In this document: positions 45,146-55,160 of the stretch, one piece after another
How positions within the stretch are numbered: position 1 is the stretch's first letter
Layout of the letters: each line of letters opens with the position of its first letter
NCBI GenBank assembly: GCA_963813255.1
Contig: CAWEYD010000015.1
Span: forward strand, 13,486 to 77,485
Source: an uncultured beta proteobacterium
GTDB lineage: Bacteria; Pseudomonadota; Gammaproteobacteria; Burkholderiales; Gallionellaceae
Direction of reading: 5' to 3'
DNA: 64,000 bases
Notes under the pieces: model-generated
Seen by the model: only the letters and a program-made list of their open reading frames with translations
Databases searched by the model: none
Told to the model about the DNA's origin: nothing
Made by a program: the position numbers and the translations under genes

Positions 45146-46194
45146 TACACAACGACGACCTTTCCGCCGCGCCCCGCATCATCTCCGCCGCACCCGCCTC
45201 GCAGCAGGAGGAGGCACTGGAGCGAGCACTGCGTCCCAAGCAGCTCGACGAGTATGTGGGGCAGGAGAAGATACGCGGGCAGCTGGAGATATTCATCCAG
45301 GCGGCGAAGCAGCGCAATGAGCCGCTGGACCACGTGCTGCTGTTCGGTCCTCCCGGCTTGGGCAAGACCACGCTGGCACAGATCATCGCGCGCGAGATGG
45401 GGGTCAACATCCGCCATACCTCAGGCCCGGTGCTGGAGCGCGCAGGCGACCTCGCCGCGTTGCTCACCAATCTGGAACCGAACGACGTGCTGTTCATCGA
45501 CGAGATACATCGGTTGTCGCCGGTGGTGGAAGAGATACTTTACCCGGCGCTGGAGGATTACCAGATCGACATCATGATCGGCGAAGGTCCGGGCGCGCGT
45601 TCGGTGAAGATAGACCTGCCGCCGTTCACGCTGGTTGGTGCGACAACCAGAGCCGGCATGCTGACCAATCCGCTGCGCGACCGTTTCGGTATCGTGGCGC
45701 GGCTGGAGTTCTATACGCCGGAAGAATTGCAGCGCATCGTGATGCGCTCGTCGGGGTTGCTGGAGATGAATCTGTCGCATGACGGTGCGCTGGAGATCGC
45801 CAAGCGTTCGCGCGGCACGCCGCGTATCGCCAATCGGTTGCTGCGCCGCGTGCGCGACTATGCGGACGTGAAAGCAGGCGGCGACGCGACGCGCGAAGTG
45901 GCGGACGCAGCGCTGACCATGCTGGATGTGGACTCGCGCGGGCTGGACTTGATGGACCGCAAGCTGTTGCAGACCGTGATCGACAAGTTCATGGGCGGGC
46001 CGGTCGGTGTGGATAACCTCGCCGCTGCCATCGGCGAAGAGCGCGACACCATCGAGGATGTGCTGGAGCCCTACCTGATCCAGCAAGGCTACCTGCAACG
46101 CACGCCACGCGGGCGTATGGCGACTGCGAATGCGTATCAGCATTTCGGTCTGATGCCGCACAACGGCAACAACAAGGAATTGTGGGATGAGTAA
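45142..46194 (+). CDS. ruvB: Holliday junction DNA helicase RuvB
   Basis: [28 protein letters not shown]. Confidence 0.98.
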   Translation: MIHNDDLSAAPRIISAAPASQQEEALERALRPKQLDEYVGQEKIRGQLEIFIQAAKQRNEPLDHVLLFGPPGLGKTTLAQIIAREMGVNIRHTSGPVLERAGDLAALLTNLEPNDVLFIDEIHRLSPVVEEILYPALEDYQIDIMIGEGPGARSVKIDLPPFTLVGATTRAGMLTNPLRDRFGIVARLEFYTPEELQRIVMRSSGLLEMNLSHDGALEIAKRSRGTPRIANRLLRRVRDYADVKAGGDATREVADAALTMLDVDSRGLDLMDRKLLQTVIDKFMGGPVGVDNLAAAIGEERDTIEDVLEPYLIQQGYLQRTPRGRMATANAYQHFGLMPHNGNNKELWDE

Positions 46195-46591
46195 GCACAA
46201 GGTCTTTTCCCTGCCGGTCCGAGTGTACTTCCAGGACACAGACGCGGGCGGCGTGGTGTATCACGCCGCCTATGTCAACTTCATGGAGCGGGCACGCACG
46301 GAATGGTTGCGCACCTTCGGCTACAGCAACGCGGGCCTGATGACTGAATTGGGCGTGATGTTCGTGGTGCGCTCGATGAAGCTGGATTATCTGAAACCGG
46401 CGCAGCTGGATGATCTGGTGAACGTGACAGCGCAGATCAAGGACATCGGGCGCAGCCGGATCACGCTGTGGCAGGAGGTGCGCCGCGGCGACGAGTTGCT
46501 GACCGAGGGCGAGGTACATCTGGTGTGCGTGAGTGTGCAGACGTTCAAGCCGGTCAGTGTGCCTGACGTATTACGTAAACAATGGGATTGA
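46187..46591 (+). CDS. ybgC: Tol-Pal-associated acyl-CoA thioesterase
   Basis: [22 protein letters not shown]. Confidence 0.94.
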   Translation: MSKHKVFSLPVRVYFQDTDAGGVVYHAAYVNFMERARTEWLRTFGYSNAGLMTELGVMFVVRSMKLDYLKPAQLDDLVNVTAQIKDIGRSRITLWQEVRRGDELLTEGEVHLVCVSVQTFKPVSVPDVLRKQWD

Positions 46592-46595
46592 ATAA

Positions 46596-47273
46596 ATGAA
46601 CCTGCTTCAGGATATGTCGTTCATACATCTGATCGCCAATGCCAGCCTGCTCGTGCAGCTGGTGATGGGCTTGCTGCTGCTGGTGTCCCTGATGTCGTGG
46701 TGGTACATCTTCATCAAGCTGTTCGCGGTGCGTGCGGCGGTGAAGCAGACGCGCGAGTTCGAGGATGCCTTCTGGGGAAATCCGGATCTGGTGGCGCTGT
46801 ATCAACAGTCCGAAGGCGCGTTGCGCCACAACCAAGGCGCGCTGGAGCGCATCTTTGCGGCGGGCTTCACTGAGTTCGTCAAACTGAAGAAAACGCACGG
46901 CGTGGACAGTGCGGCGGTGATGGATGGCACACGCCGCGCCATGAAAGCCCGTTATCAACGCGAGATGGACCATCTGGAATCGCATCTGTCCTTCCTGGCG
47001 ACGGTGGGTTCGGTAAGCCCTTATGTCGGCCTGCTCGGTACGGTGTGGGGCATCATGAATGCGTTCCGAGGCTTGTCCAGCGTGGGGCAGGCGACACTGG
47101 CGCAAGTCGCGCCCGGCATCGCCGAGGCGCTGGTGGCCACTGCGATGGGATTGTTCGCGGCGATTCCGGCTGTGGTCGCATACAACCGCTACGTGCACGA
47201 TGTGACGCGCCTGTCGTCGCGCTTCGAGAGTTTCATCGAAGAGTTCTCCAACGTACTGCAGAGGCAGCCCTGA
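46596..47273 (+). CDS. tolQ: TolQ
   Basis: SPYVGLLGTVWGIM, APGIAEALVATA. Confidence 0.96.
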   Translation: MNLLQDMSFIHLIANASLLVQLVMGLLLLVSLMSWWYIFIKLFAVRAAVKQTREFEDAFWGNPDLVALYQQSEGALRHNQGALERIFAAGFTEFVKLKKTHGVDSAAVMDGTRRAMKARYQREMDHLESHLSFLATVGSVSPYVGLLGTVWGIMNAFRGLSSVGQATLAQVAPGIAEALVATAMGLFAAIPAVVAYNRYVHDVTRLSSRFESFIEEFSNVLQRQP

Positions 47274-47689
47274 TGCAGAGCAGGCGCAGCGAACATCGGC
47301 CGATGAGCCAGATCAACGTCGTGCCTTACATCGACGTGATGCTGGTGCTGCTGGTCATCTTCATGGTCACTGCACCGATGATGAACCCCGGTCAGATTGA
47401 CCTCCCCAGCGTTGGGAAATCCTTGGCGCCACCGGTTGCGCCGCTCGAAGTCATCATCAAGAAGGACACCACGCTGGCACTGCGCGATCACAGCAAGGGC
47501 GCACAGGAGCTGCCGGTCTCGCGTGATGAGCTGGCTGCCCTGTTGAAACTGAAGTTGGCGAAGAACCCTGAGCAGTCGGTGGTGATCTCGGCAGACAAAA
47601 AGGTGCGCTACGAGGAAGTGGTTAACGTGATGGACATGCTGCAACAGCAACACATCAGCAAGATCGGGCTGCTCACCAAGACCCGATGA
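47273..47689 (+). CDS. tolR: TolR
   Basis: INVVPYIDVMLVLLVIFMVTAP. Confidence 0.95.
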   Translation: MQSRRSEHRPMSQINVVPYIDVMLVLLVIFMVTAPMMNPGQIDLPSVGKSLAPPVAPLEVIIKKDTTLALRDHSKGAQELPVSRDELAALLKLKLAKNPEQSVVISADKKVRYEEVVNVMDMLQQQHISKIGLLTKTR

Positions 47690-48417
47690 GTCACGCCTTG
47701 GATTATCACGAGCCATACAGATTATCGGCAGGCTTGCTTGCCTTGACGGTGCATGTCGCCTTCTTTGCGTTGCTGATGGTCGGGGTGCGCTGGCAGTCTC
47801 AAGCTCCCGAGGATTTTGTGGTGGAGTTGTGGAGCACGATGCCGACGGTGGCGGTGGTGCCGGAACAGGCACCTGCGCAGCCGGTCGTCGAGCCAGCTCC
47901 AGCGGTGAAGGTTGAGCCGCCGCAGCCCGTCAAGGCGGATATCGAACTGCGAGAGAGGAAGGTCAAGGATGCCGAGGCCAAAGAGAAGAAGCGCAAAAAG
48001 GATGAAGAGATAGCGAAAGCGGCTGCCGCCGCCGCCACGGCGAGGCAGGAGGCTGAACGGCGCGAGCTGGACGCATATGCGGCACGGCGCGCACAAGCTG
48101 TGCAGGCGAATGTTCGAGCGGAAGTGGCCGCTGCCACTGCGGCGGAAGTGGGACGTTATCAGGATATGATCCGCAGCAAGATACGGCGCAACATTGTGAT
48201 GCCGCCGGACGTGCCGGAAGGTGCCACGGCTGAATACAAGGTCACGTTATTGCCGGACGGCAGTGTGATGGAGGCGGAGTTGGTGAAAAGCAGTGGCAAT
48301 CCAGCGTACGACGATGCGGCCGAGCGTGCCATATACAAGGCGCAGCCGCTGCCGCTGCCGAAGGATGCAGGATTGCAGAAAATGTTCAGGGAATTGCGCC
48401 TGACTATCAGGCCGTAG
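47686..48417 (+). CDS. tolA: TolA
   Basis: N-terminal TM with His, Ala/Lys/Glu-rich linker, SSGNPAYDDAAERAI; operon position. Confidence 0.9.
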   Translation: MSHALDYHEPYRLSAGLLALTVHVAFFALLMVGVRWQSQAPEDFVVELWSTMPTVAVVPEQAPAQPVVEPAPAVKVEPPQPVKADIELRERKVKDAEAKEKKRKKDEEIAKAAAAAATARQEAERRELDAYAARRAQAVQANVRAEVAAATAAEVGRYQDMIRSKIRRNIVMPPDVPEGATAEYKVTLLPDGSVMEAELVKSSGNPAYDDAAERAIYKAQPLPLPKDAGLQKMFRELRLTIRP

Positions 48418-48427
48418 GGGATCGGAT

Positions 48428-49684
48428 ATGCGTCGTCTATTATTGCTTTGTCTGTGCTGTGTCGCGTGGTCGGCACAGGCTGAGCTCGACATCGAGATCA
48501 CGGGGGCGGGTGAGCATCAGACACCGATCTCCGTGGTGCGCTTTGCGGGTGACGCGCAAGCGGGGCAGGACATCGCCGGCGTGGTGGCGAACGACCTGAT
48601 GCGCACTGGGCTGTTCAAGCTCGTTGATCCGGCGGGCAGGGCTCCGCATGAGCCGAGCGAAGTGAAGTATGCGGACTGGCCCGGGGTGGAGGCGCTGCTG
48701 ATGGGCAGTGTCATGCCGCAGGACGGTGGCAACGTCGTCGTCAGGTTCCGCGTGCTCGATATGGTACGGCGCACCGAGCTGATCTCACAGACATTGATGG
48801 CGAAGAGCGACCAGATGCGTGCCATCGCGCATCGCATCGCCGATATGGCATACGAGAGACTGACCGGCAGCCCTGGAGTATTCAGCACGCGCATCGCCTA
48901 TGTGAACCGCGACAAGAAGAGCTACCGTCTGGTGGTGGCGGACAGCGACGGTTACGGCGAGCAGACCTTGCTGGCTTCCTCCGAGCCCATCATGTCCCCC
49001 GCATGGTCGCCGGATGGCAAGCAGATCGCCTATGTCAGTTTCGAGCAGCGGCGGGCGATGGTCTATGTGCAGTCACTGAGTACGCGGCAGCGACAATTGC
49101 TGGCTGATTTCCCCGGCAGTAACAGCTCACCAGCCTGGTCCCCGGACGGCAAGCACATAGCGCTGGTGCTGACGCACGAAGGCAATTCGCAACTCTATGT
49201 GATGGACAAGGATGGCAGCGATCTGCGCCGTATTACTTATAGCGACGGGATCGATACCGAGCCTGTATTTTCACCGGACGGGAAGTTCCTGCTGTTCACT
49301 TCCGATCGCGGTGGCAGCGCACAGATATACCGTGTGGCGCTGGACAGCGGCGGAGCGGAGCGCCTCACCTACGAGGGTAGCAGCAATTTCTCCCCGCGCT
49401 TCAGCCCGGATGGCAAAGGTTTCGTCTTTGCGCATTTCAATGGCGGCAAGTTCTATATCGCGACGCAGGATTTCGAGAGCAAGCAGATGCAGATATTGAC
49501 CGCGGGCGGATGGGAGAAGAAGCCCAGCTTTGCCCCCAACGGCAAGCTAGTCCTGTTTGGAGCCGAGTCGCAGGGTCGTGGTATATTGGCCACCGTTTCG
49601 AGCGACGGCAAAGTGAAGCAAAAGATGGTTGCGCAGTATGGAGACATACGCGAACCGACATGGGGACCTTTCCAGAAACAATGA
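48428..49684 (+). CDS. tolB: TolB
   Basis: TRIAYV and repeated P.WSPDG (PD40) motifs. Confidence 0.95.
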   Translation: MRRLLLLCLCCVAWSAQAELDIEITGAGEHQTPISVVRFAGDAQAGQDIAGVVANDLMRTGLFKLVDPAGRAPHEPSEVKYADWPGVEALLMGSVMPQDGGNVVVRFRVLDMVRRTELISQTLMAKSDQMRAIAHRIADMAYERLTGSPGVFSTRIAYVNRDKKSYRLVVADSDGYGEQTLLASSEPIMSPAWSPDGKQIAYVSFEQRRAMVYVQSLSTRQRQLLADFPGSNSSPAWSPDGKHIALVLTHEGNSQLYVMDKDGSDLRRITYSDGIDTEPVFSPDGKFLLFTSDRGGSAQIYRVALDSGGAERLTYEGSSNFSPRFSPDGKGFVFAHFNGGKFYIATQDFESKQMQILTAGGWEKKPSFAPNGKLVLFGAESQGRGILATVSSDGKVKQKMVAQYGDIREPTWGPFQKQ

Positions 49685-49703
49685 ATCTCAAGAGGTGATA
49701 GCG

Positions 49704-50372
49704 ATGAAGAAACTGATGATGAGCGTGCTGTTGGTCAACCTGTTGGCAGCTTGCGGTAGCAACCCGCCTAAAGCAGCGGTTACGGAAACCAAGCCCGCAC
49801 AGGCGGCTCCGGCTCCCGTCGTTTCCGCTCCAGCAGGCACGGCAGACTCTGGGCAGGTGGACGCCGATGCCAAGGCTGCAGCCGCGGCCGCAGCAGCTGC
49901 TGCAGCCGCGCGAACCCAGGCCGATGCCAACGCCTCCGAGGAGGCCAAGGCTCAGGCTGCAGCAGAATCCGAAGCGGCGGCTCGCGCAGCGGCAGAAGCG
50001 CAGGCGAGGGTAGGTGCCGGTGCAGCGGCTGATTTGTCCAATCGCAGCGTGTTTTTCCCATTCGACGTCGATGCAGTGCAGGCCGTAGACCGGGAAACCA
50101 TCCTGGCGCATGGCAAGAACCTGTCCGAGCACGCGAATCTGCGCGTGCGTGTCGAAGGCAATGCGGATGAGCGAGGCAGCAGCGAATACAACCTGGCGCT
50201 GGGACAACGTCGCGCCAATAACACCAAGAAGGCCTTGGTGCTTGGCGGTGCGCGTTCCTCCCAGGTCGAGACGGTCAGCTATGGCGAAGAGAAACCGCGT
50301 GCCACAGAGCATGACGAAGCAGCCTGGGCTCAGAACCGTCGCGCCGACATCGTGTACGCCTCCGGCAGGTAA
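49704..50372 (+). CDS. pal: Peptidoglycan-associated lipoprotein with long Ala-rich linker
   Basis: Lipobox LAAC, EGNADERGSSEYNLALGQRRA, SYGEEKP, NRRA. Confidence 0.94.
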   Translation: MKKLMMSVLLVNLLAACGSNPPKAAVTETKPAQAAPAPVVSAPAGTADSGQVDADAKAAAAAAAAAAAARTQADANASEEAKAQAAAESEAAARAAAEAQARVGAGAAADLSNRSVFFPFDVDAVQAVDRETILAHGKNLSEHANLRVRVEGNADERGSSEYNLALGQRRANNTKKALVLGGARSSQVETVSYGEEKPRATEHDEAAWAQNRRADIVYASGR

Positions 50373-50374
50373 TC

Positions 50375-51160
50375 GTGTCCAGGCTGCATCTGCTGTTGCT
50401 CGGTCTTTATCTGATGAGCAGCCCCGCTGCGGCGGGGCTGTTCGCGGATGACGATGCGCGCAAGCAGGTGCAGCAGCTGGAAGAGCGCATCATCAAGCTG
50501 GAGAATGCGCTAGCGAGCTCTGAAGAAGACAGCAGAATTCGTATCCGTTCCCTGTTGGACCTGCAGATGCAGTTGGAGGCGCAGGCCGCCGAGTTGCGCA
50601 AATTGCGCGGGCAGAACGAAGAGCTGGTGCACAGCTTGCAGGACGCAGAGAAGCGGCAAAAAGATTTCTACGTGGATCTTGATGCGCGCTTGCGCCGTTT
50701 TGAGTCCGTTGACACCGCATCGTCTCCGCCAAAGCCGCTGATCACGAAACAGGCCGATGGCCCCAAAGGTGCTGCCGAGAATCTGCTGGGAGAGGACAAG
50801 TCGTTCGAAGCTGCGTACGGATTCTATAAGGCGGAGAATTATCAGAATGCAGCGATCGCCTTCCGCGATTTCCTGCGCCAGTTTCCCCAGTCGGCGCACG
50901 AGGCGAACGTCCTGTACTGGATGGGCAACTCGTATTTCCTGTCCAAGGACTATGCCAATAGCCTGGACAGTTATCAGTCGCTGGTCAGCAAGTATGAAGA
51001 CCATCCGCGCGCTCCGGAGGCGATGCTGAACATCGCCGACTGCCAACTGGAATTGAAGAACAAGAACGCAGCCAAAAAGACCCTCAAGCAACTCATTTCG
51101 CAATTCCCGGGAAGCGATGCGGCGGATAAAGCCAAGAAGCGTCTCGCGACCATCAAGTAA
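50375..51160 (+). CDS. cpoB: Cell division coordinator CpoB (YbgF)
   Basis: Coiled coil LRGQNEE followed by TPRs; follows pal. Confidence 0.92.
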   Translation: MSRLHLLLLGLYLMSSPAAAGLFADDDARKQVQQLEERIIKLENALASSEEDSRIRIRSLLDLQMQLEAQAAELRKLRGQNEELVHSLQDAEKRQKDFYVDLDARLRRFESVDTASSPPKPLITKQADGPKGAAENLLGEDKSFEAAYGFYKAENYQNAAIAFRDFLRQFPQSAHEANVLYWMGNSYFLSKDYANSLDSYQSLVSKYEDHPRAPEAMLNIADCQLELKNKNAAKKTLKQLISQFPGSDAADKAKKRLATIK

Positions 51161-51175
51161 GTCGAACAGAAGTCC

Positions 51176-51832
51176 ATGACACACAAAACCAGCGAATCGT
51201 TGCGCATCAGCGAAATATTCTTTTCTTTGCAGGGGGAGACCAGCCGTGTGGGGCTGCCTACCGTGTTCGTGCGGCTAACCGGCTGTCCTTTGCGCTGCAC
51301 CTATTGCGATACGACCTATGCGTTCACGGGTGGGCAGACCATGGCGCTGCAGGCGATTTTGCAGGAGGTGGCGAAGTATTCCCCTCGTTTCGTGACCGTC
51401 ACCGGTGGAGAGCCGCTGGCGCAGAAGAATTGCCAGCTGTTGCTGCGTGCCTTGTGCGATGCGGGTTACGAGGTGTCGCTGGAGACGGGCGGCATGCTGG
51501 ACGTCTCAGGGGTGGATGCGCGTGTGGTGAAGGTGCTGGACATCAAGACTCCAGCCTCTGGCGAAATGGAAAAGAACCTGTGGGGCAATCTGGCGCATCT
51601 CAATCCGCAGGACGAGATCAAGTTCGTGCTGTGCAACGAAGCGGATTACCAATGGGCGAAGCAGGTGCTGACCGAGCACAAGCTGGCGCAGCGCTGCGCC
51701 GTGCTGTTCTCGCCCACGCAGGGGCAGCTTGCCCCCAAAGACCTTGCGGAATGGATATTGCGCGATCATTTACCGGTGCGCTTGCAGGTGCAGTTGCACA
51801 AATTGTTGTGGGGCAACGAGATTGGGCGCTGA
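51176..51832 (+). CDS. queE: 7-carboxy-7-deazaguanine synthase
   Basis: [15 protein letters not shown] radical SAM motif, TGGEP, QLHK. Confidence 0.95.
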   Translation: MTHKTSESLRISEIFFSLQGETSRVGLPTVFVRLTGCPLRCTYCDTTYAFTGGQTMALQAILQEVAKYSPRFVTVTGGEPLAQKNCQLLLRALCDAGYEVSLETGGMLDVSGVDARVVKVLDIKTPASGEMEKNLWGNLAHLNPQDEIKFVLCNEADYQWAKQVLTEHKLAQRCAVLFSPTQGQLAPKDLAEWILRDHLPVRLQVQLHKLLWGNEIGR

Positions 51833-51833
51833 T

Positions 51834-52508
51834 ATGAAACGTGCCGTGATATTGCTTTCGGGCGGGCTGGATTCGGCGACGGTGCTGGCGATGGCGCGAG
51901 CACAAGGTTTTGAATGCCATGCGTTGAGCGTGGATTACGGGCAGCGTCATCACACCGAATTGGCGGCGGCGCAGCGTGTGGCGCGCGAACTTGGAGCGCA
52001 GGAACACCGTGTCATCAACATCGACCTCACCGCGTTCGGCGGGTCGGCACTGACCGATGCCAACATTGCCGTGCCTGAACGCGCCAGCAGCGGTATTCCG
52101 ACGACCTATGTTCCGGCACGCAACACCATCATGTTGTCTTTGGCGCTGGCCTGGGCAGAGGTGCTGAAAGCGCAGGACATTTTCTTCGGCGTGAATGCAG
52201 TCGACTATTCCGGCTATCCGGACTGCCGCCCTGAATATGTCACCGCATTCGAGCATATGGCGAATCTGGCGACCAAGGCTGCGGTGGAAGGTAAGCCGCT
52301 CACCTTGCATGCTCCGTTGCAGCATCTGAGCAAGGCCGAGATCATTCGACAAGGCGTAAGCCTCGGCGTGGATTACGGCATCACCGTTTCCTGTTATCAG
52401 GCGGATGAAGCTGGTCGCGCCTGCGGTCGTTGCGATTCTTGCCGCCTGCGACGCGATGGATTCCGCGCTGCCGGCATACCTGATCCAACGCGCTATCGCG
52501 AGGCGTGA
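51834..52508 (+). CDS. queC: 7-cyano-7-deazaguanine synthase
   Basis: SGGLDS, YVPARN, YPDCR, CGRCDSC. Confidence 0.96.
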   Translation: MKRAVILLSGGLDSATVLAMARAQGFECHALSVDYGQRHHTELAAAQRVARELGAQEHRVINIDLTAFGGSALTDANIAVPERASSGIPTTYVPARNTIMLSLALAWAEVLKAQDIFFGVNAVDYSGYPDCRPEYVTAFEHMANLATKAAVEGKPLTLHAPLQHLSKAEIIRQGVSLGVDYGITVSCYQADEAGRACGRCDSCRLRRDGFRAAGIPDPTRYREA

Positions 52509-52525
52509 TTTTCTGTCCTGTTCGT

Positions 52526-52553
52526 TTGACACTCGAAGTCAAACCCGTATAAT
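52526..52553 (+). promoter_or_regulatory. Sigma70 promoter of tRNA operon
   Basis: Perfect TTGACA-16 bp-TATAAT followed by a GC-rich discriminator GCGCGC. Confidence 0.9.
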
Positions 52554-52570
52554 GCGCGCTCCCTTTTAGG

Positions 52571-52646
52571 GGGTCGGTAGCTCAGTCGGTAGAGCAGCGG
52601 ACTTTTAATCCGTTGGTCGCGAGTTCGAATCTCGCCCGACCCACCA
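52571..52646 (+). tRNA. tRNA-Lys(TTT)
   Basis: 76-nt cloverleaf, anticodon loop CT-TTT-AA, TTCGAAT T-loop, CCA end. Confidence 0.96.
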
Positions 52647-52654
52647 GTTTCACC

Positions 52655-52730
52655 GCCGCTTTAGCTCAGTTGGTAGAGCAACCGCCTTGTAAGCGGTAGG
52701 TCGTCAGTTCGAATCCGACAAGCGGCACCA
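52655..52730 (+). tRNA. tRNA-Thr(TGT)
   Basis: 76-nt cloverleaf, anticodon loop CT-TGT-AA, CCA end. Confidence 0.96.
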
Positions 52731-52736
52731 GTATCT

Positions 52737-52765
52737 AAAGGCTTGCAGAGATGCAGGCTTTTTTT
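52737..52765 (+). terminator. Intrinsic terminator
   Basis: AAAGGCTTGCA-gaga-TGCAGGCTTT followed by a T-run. Confidence 0.75.
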
Positions 52766-52833
52766 ATCGTCAGGCGGTGCGTCCATGTAGGCGCATTTTC
52801 CGGACCGTGGGCATCACGCCACGAACGTTTTTT

Positions 52834-52910
52834 GGAGTGGTAGTTCAGTTGGTTAGAATACCGGCCTGTCACGCCGGGGGTCGCGGGTTCGAGTCCCGTC
52901 CACTCCGCCA
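52834..52910 (+). tRNA. tRNA-Asp(GTC)
   Basis: 77-nt cloverleaf, anticodon loop CT-GTC-AC, CCA end. Confidence 0.96.
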
Positions 52911-52915
52911 ACATG

Positions 52916-52942
52916 AAGGCCTGCAGCGATGCAGGCCTTTTT
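52916..52942 (+). terminator. Intrinsic terminator
   Basis: AAGGCCTGCA-gcga-TGCAGGCCTT followed by a T-run. Confidence 0.78.
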
Positions 52943-53113
52943 ATCTCCTTCATTCTGATTTTCATGTAACCGTCTGCAGCCCGGACTTCTCGTGGGGGCG
53001 TTGCTTACGTCTTTATGCCCATTGCACTCGTGCACATCGTGGGGGTATGTTTGGCACCGGATTCCTGATGAATTTCATTTGCCAGCGTGTGAACCTGTTC
53101 CGGGAGAAACGAC

Positions 53114-53533
53114 ATGAAAAAGATCATTCTGTTATGCGCAGCTCTTTCTTTGGCATTGCCTGGTTGTGTGACGCAACGTATGAAAGAACGCCAGGCAAAG
53201 TTCGAGGCAAAGAATAATCAGTTAATCGGCAAGACGTATGATGATCTGATCAGAGGATCAGGTGTTCCGAGCGGGGAGGCAAAGCTGACGGATGGAGGCA
53301 GGATCGTCGAGTATCTGACCTCGCAGACCACAATATCCGGTGGCGGGTCTTACCCGGTTACTGTTTCAACCTATGTCCCCAATCAAAATGGGATGGGGGG
53401 ATTCTGGGTTTATAGCGAAGGGGAGCGCAGCATCCCGATCACTTCGAGCACCTATTACTGCAAGCTGGATTTCACCGTTTCAGCTCAGAACATCATTCAA
53501 AGCTGGAGGGCTGAAGGAAACCATTGCTACTAA
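53114..53533 (+). CDS. Hypothetical lipoprotein
   Basis: GGAG RBS; MKKIILLCAALSLALPGC lipobox. Confidence 0.72.
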   Translation: MKKIILLCAALSLALPGCVTQRMKERQAKFEAKNNQLIGKTYDDLIRGSGVPSGEAKLTDGGRIVEYLTSQTTISGGGSYPVTVSTYVPNQNGMGGFWVYSEGERSIPITSSTYYCKLDFTVSAQNIIQSWRAEGNHCY

Positions 53534-53552
53534 GCATTGGATTAGATGGACG

Positions 53553-53582
53553 GACGGTGCCGCCCACAGGGCACCGTCTTTT
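53553..53582. terminator. Intrinsic terminator between convergent genes
   Basis: GACGGTGCC..GGCACCGTC followed by TTTT. Confidence 0.65.
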
Positions 53583-53593
53583 CGTAACAGTCT

Positions 53594-54889
53594 TTACTCA
53601 GTCCCGAACTTGGTCTGCACCATCACCCCGATCTCCTTGAGGAACGGTGTGGGAAGGATGCCGCCTGCGCAGACGATGATCGCGTCGTTGGGGATCTCGA
53701 AGGTTTTACCGTCCTGCTCGAGGACGACCTTGTCTTTCTCCACCAGTTTGACGTTTGATTTCAGGCGCACGTCGATGCGGCCTTTATCAGTCATTTCCTT
53801 CAGGCGGTCCCGGTTCTTGGGCTTGCCGCGCCCGAAGGCCTCGCTGCGATATGACAGTGTGACGGTGGTCCCGGGTTGTTCGGCGATGGCGATGGCTGCC
53901 TCCAATGCGCTGTCGCCGCCCCCCACAACGACGACATGCTGGTCGCGGTATTGCTCCGGGTCGATCAGGCGATACACCACTTTGGGCAGATCTTCTCCGG
54001 GTACACCCAGTTTGCGCGGCGTGCCGCGACGGCCGATGGCGAGTAACACGGCACGCGTTTCATAAGTGCCCTTAGTGGTCTTTACGATGAAGCCCTTGTC
54101 GGTCCTGGTGATACCTTCCATGCGCTCGTTGTAGTTCAGCTTGATGCCGGTCTTGCTGATGATGCCGTGCCAGAACTCCAGCAGTTTTTCCTTGCTGACT
54201 TCCTTGAAGTGCATCTGTCCGATGACGGGCAATTTGACCGGTGCCGTCATGGCGACCTTGTTGCGCGGATATTGGAAGATGGCGCCGCCCAGCGACGTTT
54301 CCTGTTCGATGGTGACGTAGCGCAGTTTCTTTTCGATGGCGCCCAGGGAGGCCGCCAAGCCGGCAGGACCCGCGCCGATGATGACCACATCGTACTCGTT
54401 CGCGCTGCCCTTCAGTTTGGCGATGTTTTCCATCGCTTGACTGCCTTGGCTGGCAGCTTTGCGTATCAGGCCCATGCCACCCAGTTCGCCGGCAATGAAC
54501 ATGCCCGGTATGTTGGTCTCAAAATGCGGATCGACCTGCGGGATGTCCATGCCGCGTTTCTCGGTGCCGAATACTAGCGTGATGGCGTCGTGCGGGCAGG
54601 CAACGGCACAGGCACCGTGACCGATACACAAAGTCGGATTCACCAGTTGTGCTTTGCCGTTTATCATGCCGATAGCTTCTTCAGGGCAGGCGGTCACGCA
54701 GGCGCCCGCGCCGAGGCAGCGCACCGGATCGATGTAAGGATGCAGCGAGGGCGGTTCGGTCAAGCCGGCTTCGATAGACTCGTTCATCTGCTCAATGGCT
54801 GCGTTTTCCTTCTTCTTTCTGCCGCTCAGGTAGAAATAGATGATGATGATCAACGGAATCAGGTAAACGGCGAAATCGAAAATGTCCAT
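53594..54889 (-). CDS. Membrane-anchored ferredoxin domain + FAD/NAD(P)-dependent oxidoreductase (TrxB/YpdA-like)
   Basis: N-terminal TM; CLGAGACVTACP and CIGHGACAVACP; GAGPAG and GGGDSA Rossmann motifs. Confidence 0.88.
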   Translation of the reverse strand: MDIFDFAVYLIPLIIIIYFYLSGRKKKENAAIEQMNESIEAGLTEPPSLHPYIDPVRCLGAGACVTACPEEAIGMINGKAQLVNPTLCIGHGACAVACPHDAITLVFGTEKRGMDIPQVDPHFETNIPGMFIAGELGGMGLIRKAASQGSQAMENIAKLKGSANEYDVVIIGAGPAGLAASLGAIEKKLRYVTIEQETSLGGAIFQYPRNKVAMTAPVKLPVIGQMHFKEVSKEKLLEFWHGIISKTGIKLNYNERMEGITRTDKGFIVKTTKGTYETRAVLLAIGRRGTPRKLGVPGEDLPKVVYRLIDPEQYRDQHVVVVGGGDSALEAAIAIAEQPGTTVTLSYRSEAFGRGKPKNRDRLKEMTDKGRIDVRLKSNVKLVEKDKVVLEQDGKTFEIPNDAIIVCAGGILPTPFLKEIGVMVQTKFGTE

Positions 54890-55160
54890 GATGTAGTGTC
54901 AATAAAAATGAGGCATCAATAAAAAGTCCTTTTTAATCAGGACGTGCGGGCTGCGTCGAAAAAGGCTGGGGGTGGTTGGTGATCAGTTCTGGAACTTCCC
55001 CGAAAGCTGTCTGTCGCAAGCCGCGGCATTCTATGTTGCAGGGTGTAAAGAAGACAAATTTTTGGTTTGATGGGGCAGAGGTTCGCCGTTACAATGCGCC
55101 GCCCCAAAACTGTAACAATTGAGGCGCCCCCCGAAGAACATAATATATTTAGGAAGAGTG

